A stretch of 64,000 bases of DNA from an uncultured Chloroflexia bacterium (GTDB taxonomy: Bacteria; Chloroflexota; Limnocylindria; Limnocylindrales; CSP1-4), in the NCBI GenBank assembly GCA_963746865.1, contig CAVVDB010000001.1, forward strand, positions 6,432 to 70,431. The letters are read 5' to 3'. A model generated the notes under the pieces. That model saw only the letters and a list, made by a program, of their open reading frames with translations, did no database searches and was not told where the DNA came from. The position numbers and the translations under genes are program-made. Positions within the stretch are counted from its first letter, which is position 1, and every line of letters begins with the position of its first letter. Shown piece after piece: positions 29,926 through 40,324 of the stretch.

Positions 29926-31004
29926 CGGCCGCCGACGCCACATCGCGAGCCGATCCGACGGACGGGGCCGTCGATCTGCGACATGCGTCGCTGGCCGATG
30001 TCCGTGCCGTCGACTTGCGGGCCCCCGACCGTGACCTGTGGGCGGACGAGTCGGCACTGTTCGACCGGATGACGCTCACCTGGGCCGGGCTCGACGACGC
30101 GGCGTGGCACCTGCCCGGCGCCGCCCCGTCCGACGCCGGTGGCCCCGACTGGTCGCTGGCCGAGCACGTCGGCCACGTCGTCGACTGGCAGGAGCTGGCG
30201 ATCGTCTATACGGCCCACGCGCTCGAGACCGGCGAGTGGCCGGCCGACACCGACTACGACGGCGGGAACTTCGATAGCTACAACGAGCGGCGCCGTGAGC
30301 CGTGGACCACCATGCCGCGAGACGAGATCCTCGACCGCCTGGACGCCGCCCGGCCGAGCCTGTTGTCACTCGCCCACCGCCTCACGCCGGACACGATCCG
30401 GACCCACGACCCGTGGGGCTGGGTCTACAACACGCTCCACGGCCACTACCTCGACCATCAGGCCGTCGTCGAGCCGTGGACCACCGAGCTGCGCCTGCGG
30501 CAGACCGACGGCGACCCGTTCGTCGCCGATCCACGCGCCGCGGATCACGCGGCGTTCGCGGCACAGGAGGCCGCCATCTCGGCCGACCTCGGCCGGATCG
30601 TCCTCGCGGTCCCCGCCGACCGCTGGACCACCGCCGAACTGACGCCCGACTGGGTCCTCGCCGACCACATCTCGCACCTAGCGGACTGGGCCGAGGAGGG
30701 TCTTCGCGCGGTCGAGGTCTTCGGCCGACTCGGCTACTGGATGTCGGATCCGGACGAGGGCATCGACGACTGGAACGAGCGGATGGTCGCGAGGTCGAGG
30801 GGCGCCTCGGTCGAGTCGGTCGTCGCCCGCTATGACCGGGCCCGCCTCGAGCTGCTCGATGCCGTCGCCCGGCTCTCGGTCGAGGACCTGCGCTCGCCCG
30901 ATGGCTGGAGCTGGGCCTACGACTGCCTGCACGGGCATGTCCGCAAGCACCTCGCGATGATCGCCCCGTGGTGCGTCGAGCACTCCCGGGGTGACGACGC
31001 CTGA
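29922..31004 (+). CDS. Tandem DinB/maleylpyruvate-isomerase-N-like protein
   Basis: Two repeats of W-x3-H-x2-H-x2-DW ... N ... W-x-W-x-Y-x2-LHGH-x3-H. Confidence 0.75.
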   Translation: MTAADATSRADPTDGAVDLRHASLADVRAVDLRAPDRDLWADESALFDRMTLTWAGLDDAAWHLPGAAPSDAGGPDWSLAEHVGHVVDWQELAIVYTAHALETGEWPADTDYDGGNFDSYNERRREPWTTMPRDEILDRLDAARPSLLSLAHRLTPDTIRTHDPWGWVYNTLHGHYLDHQAVVEPWTTELRLRQTDGDPFVADPRAADHAAFAAQEAAISADLGRIVLAVPADRWTTAELTPDWVLADHISHLADWAEEGLRAVEVFGRLGYWMSDPDEGIDDWNERMVARSRGASVESVVARYDRARLELLDAVARLSVEDLRSPDGWSWAYDCLHGHVRKHLAMIAPWCVEHSRGDDA

Positions 31005-32962
31005 TGCCGACGGCACCCATCACGCCGTCGCCCAACCTGTCGATCGAGGCGATCGTCGCGGTCGACGCGCCCCGCGAATTCCGGCTCCATCCGCGGGACC
31101 GGGTCGTGGCGTACACCGCCGAGGCGGCCGGCGCCCGGCAACTGTTCACGTTGTCCCTGCGCGGCGGCTATCCGGCGCAACTGACCGGCTCGGAGAAGTC
31201 GGTCTCCGACCCACAGTGGTCACCCGACGGGAAGCGCCTGGCGTTCGTTCGGGATGACGAGATCTGGGTCGTCGAGGCGGACGGCTCGCGGCTGACCCAG
31301 GTCGTCGCCAAGCCGGGCGCCGGGCGCGATCCGCGCTGGTCGCCCGATGGCCACCGACTCGCCTTCATCTCACGTCGACGCGGCTGGGCGCAGGTGTGGC
31401 TGATCGACGCGCCGGTGCCGCGGCGCGGCCGCCCGGCCACGGAACCGAAACCACCCCGCCCGACGGCCCTGACGGCGACCGGGTTCGATGTCGATGCCTT
31501 CGAGTGGGCGCCCGACGGCGCGAGGATGGCGGTCATGGCGCGTCGCCCCGACCTCGCAGAAGCCGCGCAGATCTCCATCGTCGACGTCAAGACCGGCGCG
31601 GCGCGTGTGGTCGCGGGCGAGCGGAGCGTCGATGTCGGTGCCCGCTGGCTTCCCGACGGCTCGCTCTTGTTCATCTCCGACATCGACGGCTGGTTCCAGG
31701 TGGTCCGCCTGACGGCCGATGGCCACGACCGGATCGTCCTGACGTCCGGGGCTCGCGAGCACGGTGAGCCGCTCGGCACATTCGGGAATGTGCCACTGCC
31801 CTCGCCGGATGGCCGGCGGTTCGTCCATGTCGAGGTCCACGACGGCCTGCAGGACCTGCTCGTGGGCGAACTTGGCGCTTCAGCGCCGCCGAAGCGTGGA
31901 CGCGGGCGCCCGCCAAAGGTCCCGCGCGTGCTCGAGGCCGCCTCGGCCGGCAGCCGGATCAATCCATGGGACGGTGTCTGGCGCTCCGTCGGATGGTCGC
32001 CCGACGGCGCGTGGGTCGCGGCCATCGGTGAGCGCGAGATGTCACCACAAGACCTGTGGCTGCTCCCCGTGCCGGGCGTGGCACCCGACGGTTCGCGACC
32101 CCGCCAGGTCACCGATTCGATGCCGGGCGTCCTCAGGGCGGCCATGTCGTCGGCGCGGATCCCCAGCGCGCAACGTGTCGCGGTCAAGGCGCGCGACGGG
32201 CTGCGGATCGAGGGCAACCTGTGGCGCCCACAGACGGCCACGGGCAAGCGCGGTGGGACCCGCGCACCGACGGTCGTCTACCCGCATGGCGGGCCGTCGG
32301 CGCAGGCGTTCCGCGCCTTTCTCCCGTTCAAGCAGTTGCTCGTGGCCGAGGGGTTCGCCGTCCTCGACGTCGACTTCCGTGGATCGACCGGGTACGGCCG
32401 CGAGTTCCGCCTCGCGAATCGCGACGAATGGGGTCACGCGGATCTCCACGACGTCATCGACATGGCGCGCTGGGCGACCGAGCAGCCGTGGTCCGATGGG
32501 CGGTTGGCCATCTATGGCGGCTCCTACGGCGGATACCTGGTCCTGTGCGCGCTGGTCGAGGAGCCTGGGATGTGGCGAGCCGGCGTGGACCTGTTCGGCG
32601 ATTCGGAGATCGCGGAGAGCTACCGGCACGGTGACCGGCTCGGCCGGCTCGATCTCCACAAGATGATGGGCTCGCCCGACGATCCTTCGCGGGCGGAGAC
32701 GTTCCGCCGCGGCTCCCCGGTCTACCGCGCGGAGCGGATCGAGGCGCCGCTCCTCATCCTCCACGGCCGCAAGGACAAGCGGGTCGTGCCGTTGATGACG
32801 GAGCGGATGGTCGAGGCCCTCGAGATCGAAGGGAAGCGGCACGAGGTCCATTGGTACGACGACGAGGGCCACGGCTGGGAACGCCGCGAGAACCGCCGCG
32901 ACGCGTTCACCCGGACGCTGGCCTTCCTCAAGACCCACGTCATGGACGAGCCGCCGGACTAG
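31004..32962 (+). CDS. S9 family (prolyl oligopeptidase/acylaminoacyl) peptidase
   Basis: PD40 propeller, HGGP, GGSYGG nucleophile, D (KDKRV), H (EGHG). Confidence 0.93.
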   Translation: MPTAPITPSPNLSIEAIVAVDAPREFRLHPRDRVVAYTAEAAGARQLFTLSLRGGYPAQLTGSEKSVSDPQWSPDGKRLAFVRDDEIWVVEADGSRLTQVVAKPGAGRDPRWSPDGHRLAFISRRRGWAQVWLIDAPVPRRGRPATEPKPPRPTALTATGFDVDAFEWAPDGARMAVMARRPDLAEAAQISIVDVKTGAARVVAGERSVDVGARWLPDGSLLFISDIDGWFQVVRLTADGHDRIVLTSGAREHGEPLGTFGNVPLPSPDGRRFVHVEVHDGLQDLLVGELGASAPPKRGRGRPPKVPRVLEAASAGSRINPWDGVWRSVGWSPDGAWVAAIGEREMSPQDLWLLPVPGVAPDGSRPRQVTDSMPGVLRAAMSSARIPSAQRVAVKARDGLRIEGNLWRPQTATGKRGGTRAPTVVYPHGGPSAQAFRAFLPFKQLLVAEGFAVLDVDFRGSTGYGREFRLANRDEWGHADLHDVIDMARWATEQPWSDGRLAIYGGSYGGYLVLCALVEEPGMWRAGVDLFGDSEIAESYRHGDRLGRLDLHKMMGSPDDPSRAETFRRGSPVYRAERIEAPLLILHGRKDKRVVPLMTERMVEALEIEGKRHEVHWYDDEGHGWERRENRRDAFTRTLAFLKTHVMDEPPD

Positions 32963-33498
32963 TCGTCGGCTGTGACCGCGGAACGGGGTCGCATCGCCAG
33001 CGCGATCGTGGCCGCGATCCCGATGCCGATGAGGACGTCACCGACGCTGAACACGTTCGCGAACGGCAGCCACGACGGTAGCGCGAAGATATCCGTGAGC
33101 GGGCGGAGCGCCGGATCCGCCAGGACGATGCCGTTCGACGGCCCCGATCCGCCGCCGCCGATCGAGGCCAGGGCCGCCGGGTCACTCGGCATCCAGCCGC
33201 CGTTGGCGACGATCGCAGCGAGATTACAGGCAGCTCCGACGGCCACGATCGCGACGCCCGGGACTCTGGCGTTGCGTAGGACCGCGACGAGGACGACCGC
33301 CGTCGACGCCACGTACAACGCCGGGGTCCAGGCCTCCACCTGACCGGCGATCGGGTCCATGAAGATCGCGAGCTGGACGACCAGACCGAGGAGCATCAGG
33401 GGCACCCAGCGCAGGCGCAGGTCACCCACGCGCTCCAGCCGTCCGCCGGCGAGCCGCCCGATGACGATCCCGATCGGGATCGCGTACAGGATGAACAC
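32959..33498 (-). CDS. DUF5317-like membrane protein
   Basis: NLAAIVANGGWMP...LTDIF..FSVGDVL. Confidence 0.8.
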   Translation of the reverse strand: MFILYAIPIGIVIGRLAGGRLERVGDLRLRWVPLMLLGLVVQLAIFMDPIAGQVEAWTPALYVASTAVVLVAVLRNARVPGVAIVAVGAACNLAAIVANGGWMPSDPAALASIGGGGSGPSNGIVLADPALRPLTDIFALPSWLPFANVFSVGDVLIGIGIAATIALAMRPRSAVTADD

Positions 33499-33504
33499 GC
33501 CGGG

Positions 33505-34007
33505 TCAGGAGCCCTTCGCGGGACCGTCCAGGATGGCTTGGATCTGGACGACGTGTTCGGCGAGGTGGCCGATGATGAACCGGTCGGGCATGGCCCCCAC
33601 CGTCATCTCACCGAGTCGGGGATGGAGGCCGCGTCGCCCGAGGTCGGCCGGGGTCAGGGTCAGCCAGCGCCGCTCGAACCGCTCGAGGCCGCTGAAGGTA
33701 CGGTCGTACAGCTCGCGGACCGGCAACGTCCGGTCGCGTTCCAGGATCCCGATCCGAAGCGTATCGGTCGCGATCCGGCCGAACGGGACGGGTTCCGGGC
33801 TGCCGGCCAGGACCCGCTCGATCTCGCCCAGCCAGAAGGGCGCCATCTCGCTGAGATGGGCGAGCACCTCGGCGGGCCCCAATGGGCCTCGTCGGAGTGG
33901 TCGAAGGTCGCGGCCAATGGCCACGGCGCGCCGTCCTCGACAGGGCCGCGGGTCGCCTGAAGCCCGGCCGTGGCGGCGCGGAGCCGTCCGAGAAGGTCGT
34001 CGTCCAT
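33505..34007 (-). CDS. DinB-family protein (frameshift near 33875)
   Basis: WG..EVLAHLSEM, HPRLGEM, HLAEH; divergent from hppD. Confidence 0.8.
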
Positions 34008-34065
34008 GGCGGTCAGTGTGGCACGACCGGCGTAGCATTGGCGGCCACAGCAGGGGAGACCCGCG

Positions 34066-35235
34066 ATGGCCCAGATCATCTCGCGCGGCGCCGCCAACCA
34101 GGCCGGCGCGCACATCGACGCGGACGCCTACGACAAGGCCGCCGACTTCCTGCCGCTCAAGGGCATCGACCACGTCGAGTTCTGGGTGGGCAACGCCCGT
34201 CAGGCCGCCGCCTACTACCGGGCGCTGTGGGGGTTCACGCCGGTCGCCTTCAGCGGCCTCGAGACCAAGGTGCGCGATCGGGCGAGCTACGTCATGGTCC
34301 AGCACGACATCCGCTTCGTGTTCACCGCGCCGCTGACACCCGACGGCGAGATCGCGGAGCACGTCCGGGCCCATGGCGACGGCGTCCACGACATCGCCTT
34401 CGCGGTCGACGACGTCGAGTCGGCCTGGCGCGAGACGACCTCGCGCGGCGCGATCTCCGCGCTCGCCCCGACGGAGCTCGACGGCGGCGAGGACGGGACG
34501 CTTCGCCGCGCCTCGATCCACACCTACGGCGAGGTCCTCCACTCGTTCGTCGACCGGCGCGACTATCACGGCGCCTTCGCGCCCGGCTTCCGCAAGGTCA
34601 AGGCGCCCGCCCGGGCGGCCGCCGGGCTGTCGCTGCTCGAGGTCGATCACTGCGTCGGCAACGTCGGGCTCGGCGAGATGGACACCTTCGTCGACTTCTA
34701 CCGCGACGTGATGGGCTTCGCCCAGTTGATCCACTACGACGACAAGGTCATCCACACCGACTACTCGGCGCTGATGTCCAAGGTCATGACCAACGGCAAC
34801 GGCCGGATCAAGTTCCCGATCAACGAGCCGGCCACCGGCAAGAAGAAGAGCCAGATCCAGGAGTATCTCGACTGGTATCGGTCACCCGGCTGCCAGCACA
34901 TCGCGCTGCGGACCGAGGACATCGTGGGGACCGTCCGGCAGCTGCGTGAGAACGGGGTCGAATTCCTGGGCCTCCCGCACGAGTACTACGCGTCGCTCGC
35001 CGAGCGCGTCGGCGACGTCGGCGTCCCGATCGAGACACTCGAGGAACTCGGCATCGAGGCCGACCGTGACGAGGAGGGCTACCTCCTCCAGATCTTCACC
35101 CGACCGGTCCAGGATCGCCCGACCTTCTTCTTCGAGATCATCGAGCGCCACGGCTCGCGCGGCTTCGGGGTCGGCAACTTCAAGGCCCTGTTCGAGGCCA
35201 TCGAGCGCGAGCAGGAGAAGCGCGGGAACCTCTAG
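34066..35235 (+). CDS. hppD: 4-hydroxyphenylpyruvate dioxygenase
   Basis: DHVEFWVGNA, DHCVGNV, QHIAL, GFGVGNFKALFEAIE. Confidence 0.97.
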   Translation: MAQIISRGAANQAGAHIDADAYDKAADFLPLKGIDHVEFWVGNARQAAAYYRALWGFTPVAFSGLETKVRDRASYVMVQHDIRFVFTAPLTPDGEIAEHVRAHGDGVHDIAFAVDDVESAWRETTSRGAISALAPTELDGGEDGTLRRASIHTYGEVLHSFVDRRDYHGAFAPGFRKVKAPARAAAGLSLLEVDHCVGNVGLGEMDTFVDFYRDVMGFAQLIHYDDKVIHTDYSALMSKVMTNGNGRIKFPINEPATGKKKSQIQEYLDWYRSPGCQHIALRTEDIVGTVRQLRENGVEFLGLPHEYYASLAERVGDVGVPIETLEELGIEADRDEEGYLLQIFTRPVQDRPTFFFEIIERHGSRGFGVGNFKALFEAIEREQEKRGNL

Positions 35236-35363
35236 CGAGGCTGCCGCTGGGCTGGACCTACTTCGAGATCTTGATCGAGTCGATGCGTGACGACGCATCG
35301 TTCATTCTTCGGTTCGGTATCCTCTCTCGACGGTCGGGTTCGGGACCACAGGGAGGGCGTCTC

Positions 35364-35858
35364 GTGCAGTTCTATCCGTGGATCGTGCTGGCCCATGTCG
35401 TCGTGGTGATCGTGGCGTTCGGGGCGCACGGCGTCTCGGCCTACTCGATGTTCGCGGCTCGGAGCGAGCCGGATCGGGTCCGGCTCGGCGCCGTGCTGGA
35501 CCTGTCGAGCAGGTCGCTCAACCTGGCCGGCTGGGGTCTCCTGGCCGCGGTCGTGCTCGGGATCGTCGCGTCGATCATGGGCGGTCATTTCGGGCGGCTG
35601 TGGCCGTGGGCCTCGATCATCGTCGTCGTGCTGATCTTCCTGACGATGACGCCCATGGCCGCCAACCCGATGGGCGGGGTCCGCAAGGCCCTGGGCCAGC
35701 CCGTCCGGGGTGACAAGGCGGGCGATCCGCCTCGCCAGCCGGCGAGCGACGCCGACCTCGCCGCTGCGCAGGCCCGGCTCCGCCCGGAACTCGTGGCCAC
35801 CATCGGGGTCGTCGGGCTGGTGATCCTCGTCTGGCTGATGGAGTTCAAGCCCTTCTGA
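35364..35858 (+). CDS. DUF2269-like membrane protein
   Basis: GGAGG RBS, 4 TM helices, ends in WLMEFKPF. Confidence 0.7.
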   Translation: MQFYPWIVLAHVVVVIVAFGAHGVSAYSMFAARSEPDRVRLGAVLDLSSRSLNLAGWGLLAAVVLGIVASIMGGHFGRLWPWASIIVVVLIFLTMTPMAANPMGGVRKALGQPVRGDKAGDPPRQPASDADLAAAQARLRPELVATIGVVGLVILVWLMEFKPF

Positions 35859-35886
35859 CAGGTCGCGCGCGGCTAGACTCGACGTC

Positions 35887-36907
35887 GTGAGGCTCGCCCA
35901 CGTCCGCGAGCGACACGCGCCGGCAGGTTCGCCGTGGCGGTCGGCAGCGGCGCTCGACCAGGAGAGTCCCCCGGGCGGTGGCTCGACCTCGAGGTCGCCA
36001 GGCGACGCGCGGTCGCCGGCGCAGCCCGCCCTCGCCCACGATTCGGCGCTGCACCGGCAGCCGGTGACGACGCTCGACGACCACATGGCGCGCGGCCTCC
36101 GCGTCGAGGCGCTGCGCGACCTCGTCGACGACTTCGAACCTCGAAGCGCCCGACGACGACGCCGTCCTGGCGGCGTCGGACCTCGCCTTCGGCCCGCCCG
36201 ATCCTCCGCCCGCCGTCGGTGCGCGACTTCTACGCGTTCGAGGGGCACGTCCGGACGATGTGGGAGCGACGCGGCGGGGAGGTGCCCGAGGCCTGGTACC
36301 GCCTGCCGATCTTCTACTTCAGCAACGTCTCGGAGATCCGGGGGCCGGACGAGCCGGTCTGGTCGCCGGCGGCGTCGCACGAGCTCGACTACGAGCTGGA
36401 GGTGGCGGCCCTGGTGGACACGCCGTGCGTCGACCTCACCGCGGACCGCGCCGAGGAGGCGATCGGCGGCTACATGATCTTCGACGACTGGTCGGCGCGC
36501 GACCTCCAGCGCGACGAGACGACGGTCCGCCTGGGACCCGCCAAGGGCAAGGACTTCGCGAGTTCGTTCGGACCGTGGCTGGTGACACCCGACGAGCTGG
36601 CCGATGCGCGACAGGGGACCGGCTACGACCTGGCGATGACCGCCGAGGTGAACGGCGTCGAGACGAGCCGCGGACGATGGTCGGATGCGCAGTTCTCGTT
36701 CGGCGAGATGCTCGCCCGGGCGTCCGCCGACGCCCGCCTTCGCGCCGGGCGACCTGATCGGGAGCGGGACGGTCGGGACCGGCTGCCTGCTCGAGGTCCG
36801 CGAGGCGACGCTCGGGCGGTACCTCGAACCCGGCGACGAGGTGGTCCTCCGCGATCGAGCGCCTCGGGGCATTGCGCACACCCGTCATCGCGCGGTCCAC
36901 CGGATGA
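35887..36907 (+). CDS. Fumarylacetoacetate hydrolase family protein (several frameshifts)
   Basis: RDFYAFEGHV, LDYELEVAA, DDWSARD, AKGKDF, GDLIGSGTVGTGC across three frames. Confidence 0.85.
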
Positions 36908-37405
36908 TCACGATCGAGCCGATGACGGCCGACGACTGGCCGGCGGTCCGCCGCATCTACGCCGAGGGGATCGCGACCGGCGACGCCACGCTCGAGCGCG
37001 AGGCGCCCGACTGGAGCCATTTCGATCATTCCCACCCGCCCGAGTGCCGGCTCGTTGCCTTGCGACGGGACGAGCCGGCTGGTGGTCGGTTGGACGGCTC
37101 TCGGGCACTACTCGGCCCGGAAGGTCTACAGCGGCGTCGCCTGGGAAAGCGTGTACGTGGCCGACGGCGCCCGCGGGCGTGGGGTCGGTCGGGCGCTCCT
37201 GGAGGCCCTCATCCCGGCGGCCGAGGCGGCGGGCTTCTGGACCCTCCTCGCCGGCGTCCTCGTCGACAACGCCCCGAGCCTCGCCCTCCATCGGGCGGTC
37301 GGCTTCCGCCGAGTCGGCATCCAGCGGGCGATGGGCCAGGACGCCAGCGGCCGCTGGCGCGACGTCGTCCTCCTCGAACGCCGGAGCCCGATCGTCGGTC
37401 GTTGA
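36904..37405 (+). CDS. GNAT N-acetyltransferase, phosphinothricin/MnaT-like (frameshift near 37070)
   Basis: IYAEGIATGDATLE, ESVYV...RGRGVGRALL, NAPSLALH. Confidence 0.85.
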
Positions 37406-38199
37406 TCAGGCCGTCGGTCGGAGGACGACGACGTCGATGGTCGCCTCCCGCCCGCGGATGTCGAGCGTCCGGCGTTCCGCGTCGGGTTCGAGCCGGTCGG
37501 CCGCTTCGGCCGCGGCCACGCTGACCAGCAATTCGCCGGCCGCCGCCGCCGACGCCAGACGGGCCGTCGTGTTGACCGCGTCGCCGATGGCCGTGAAGTC
37601 GTCGACCGCCCCACCCGGCCCGGTGGGCCCGACGTACGCCTCACCGGTGTGGACGGCGGCGCCGATCGGGATCGGCCCCATCGGCGTGGCATCGGAGCGA
37701 CCGGCTCGGGCGACCAATTCGGTCGCGGCATCGATCGCGGCTGCCGCGTGCGCGGGTCCCGACACGCCGCCGAAGAACAGGCCGATGACCTCGTCGCCGA
37801 CGTACTTGTCGACCAGCCCGTCGTGATCGAGGATCGCCTTCGACCCGATCTCGTAGAACCGAACGAGGAAGTCGTGGAACTCCTTGGGTCGCAGCCGCTC
37901 CGCCGATGGCGTCGATCCGCGAACGTCGGTGAACAGCATCGTGACCGGGATCTCGGAACCGGTCTGGCCGATCTTCTGATACGCCCGGATACAGGTCATG
38001 CACATGGCCGGGTTGCCCGGATAACGGGCGAACCCGAGATGGCGCAGGACCGCGCCGCCAGGACCGCTGAATGGCGCCGCGCACATCTTGCAGCGCGGGG
38101 CCGATGGGACGTGCTTCATCCGGTTGCGGAACCTGGCGAACCCGGGGTCCTCGCCGGTCAGGACGGCCCGCAGGGCGCGTCCGGCGGTTGCGTCGACAT
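37406..38199 (-). CDS. Class III adenylate cyclase with an N-terminal Cys4 domain (frameshift near 38175)
   Basis: FTDVRGST, DKYVGDEV, DFTAIGDAVNTTARL; CKMC...CMTC. Confidence 0.88.
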
Positions 38200-38255
38200 G
38201 GCACGACTCTACGCCCGGCGCCTAGAATCGTGGCCTCGCAGGGAGAACGCGCCCG

Positions 38256-39480
38256 ATGTTCTACGCCGCACACGGGAGCATCCCACCCAAGCGCCACACC
38301 CAGCACCGCGCCCCCGACGGCTCGCTCTACGCCGAGGAGCTGTTCGGGGTCGAGGGGTTCACGGGGCGCTCGTCACTGCTCTACCACCTCGTCCCGCCGA
38401 CTCGGACGCATCGGATCGAACCGGTCGCCGATCATCGTCATCGAGGAGGCCGACGACGGCTATCACCACCATCGGCTGATCGACGCCGCGGGCGTCGAGC
38501 CGCACGGCGACGCGGTCACCGGACGGATCCCGCTCTTCTTCAACAGCGACATCGTGATGGGCGTCGTCCGACCGGCCGACGCGATGCCCGAGACCGTCTT
38601 CTATCGCAACGGCGAGGCCGATGAGCTGCTCTATGTCCACGAGGGCGACGGTCTCCTGGACACCAACTTCGGGCCGATCCGCTACGGCCCCGGTGACTAC
38701 CTCGTGATCCCCATCGGGACGACGTGGAGCCTTGCTCCGGACGCCGGCTCCGTCCAGCGGATGCTCTACCTCGAGTGCCCGTCGGAGATCGAGGCGCCCA
38801 AGCGCTACCGCAACGACTACGGGCAGCTCCTGGAGCATTCGCCCTTCTCCCAGCGCGACATCCGCCTCCCAAGCGACGTCCCCGCCCGCACGGACGAGGG
38901 CGACTTCCGCGTCCACGTCAAGATGCGGAACCGGCTGACCGCGTACCACTACACCCACCACCCGTTCGACGTCGTGGGCTGGGACGGGTACCTCTGGCCG
39001 TTCGCGTTCAATATCGGCGACTTCGAACCGATCACCGGACGCGTCCACCAGCCGCCACCGGTCCACCAGACGTTCGCGGCGCGGAACTTCGTGGTGTGCT
39101 CGTTCGTGCCGCGCAAGTTCGACTATCACCCGCTGGCGATCCCGGCGCCGTACAACCACTCGAACATCAACAGCGACGAGGTCATCTACTACGTAGCCGG
39201 CAACTTCATGAGTCGCCGCGGGGTGGGGATCAGCTCCTTCACGCTCCACCCGGCGGGCATCCCGCACGGGCCGCATCCGGGCACGGCCGAGGCGTCGATC
39301 GGCAAGGAGGCGACCGAGGAACTGGCGGTCATGGTCGACACCTTCCATCCGCTCAAGATCACCCGGCAGGCGGCCGCCCTCGAAGACGCGCGCTACCCGT
39401 ATTCCTGGCTGCCGGCCGAGGACGCCTCCGGCGAGGCCCGCGAACTCAGCGAACGCGGCCCGGAGGCGTTCCCGGACTAG
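38256..39480 (+). CDS. hmgA: Homogentisate 1,2-dioxygenase (frameshift near 38430)
   Basis: IPPKRHTQ, GRVHQPPPVH, PYNHSNINSDEV, LHPAGIPHGP. Confidence 0.93.
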
Positions 39481-39496
39481 ATCCCGAAGCGCTGCG

Positions 39497-40324
39497 TCAG
39501 GACGGACTCGGGCTGGACCTCGGCGACGGCGACACGGTGACGGCATCCTGCGGGCGGAGATCGACCGTGGCCAGGATCTGCTTGAACCAGTCCTTGTCGT
39601 CGACGTCGTACAGCACGATGAGGTAGCCGCGGCCATCGACCCAGGTCAGGGCCGTCAAGCCCCCCTCCGGGCAGAGGACGGCGATCATGCCCGGAGCGCC
39701 GTCGATCGAGACCGGCTCGGTCGCCGGAGGACAACTGGCACCGAATGCCGGTTCGTTCAGGGTCTTGGTCGCCCATTGCTCGCCGGTCTGGCCACCGAGC
39801 GGCTGGGAGGCAAGATTGAGGAACGGCGAGCCGGACACCACAGCGGCGATCTGGTCCCCGCACGACGTGGGCTCACATTCATTCGGGAGCCGGGACGTCC
39901 AAGGCTGTGTCGCGATGTTTTCGACCGTCCAGCCGGCCGGATATGAGACCGAGATCCCGTGGATGGTGGATGTGAATGACCCCGTAAGGGCAGGCGGAGC
40001 CGCGGCCGACGGGCTCGGCGATGGACTCGGGGTCGGCGATTGCGTCGGCGAGGCCGATGGCCCACCGCCGACCCCACCTTGTGGGGCCGGGTTGAGTAGG
40101 TACAGCCCTCCGAGCCCGACGGCCACGACGGCCACCGCGGCGAGGGCGAATCGAGACGTTCCATTCATGGTCGGATACCTCCACGGCACCCACCTCGGGC
40201 GCCGTGTCTGATGGGTCGTTCGGGTGGTGACCGCGATCGCCCGGCTCGTGGCGTCGGGGAGCCTTGCAGGGCCCTCATCGAGCCACGCGGCGAGGATCGC
40301 GTCGGGATCGCGCTGGACGTTCAT
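39497..40324 (-). CDS. Putative anti-sigma factor 3: N-domain, TM helix, Pro/Ser linker, PsbP-like extracellular domain
   Basis: ATGA overlap with the sigma gene; AWLDEGP..LPD N-terminus; TM ALAAVAVVAVGLGGLYLL; SVSYPAGW. Confidence 0.75.
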   Translation of the reverse strand: MNVQRDPDAILAAWLDEGPARLPDATSRAIAVTTRTTHQTRRPRWVPWRYPTMNGTSRFALAAVAVVAVGLGGLYLLNPAPQGGVGGGPSASPTQSPTPSPSPSPSAAAPPALTGSFTSTIHGISVSYPAGWTVENIATQPWTSRLPNECEPTSCGDQIAAVVSGSPFLNLASQPLGGQTGEQWATKTLNEPAFGASCPPATEPVSIDGAPGMIAVLCPEGGLTALTWVDGRGYLIVLYDVDDKDWFKQILATVDLRPQDAVTVSPSPRSSPSPS

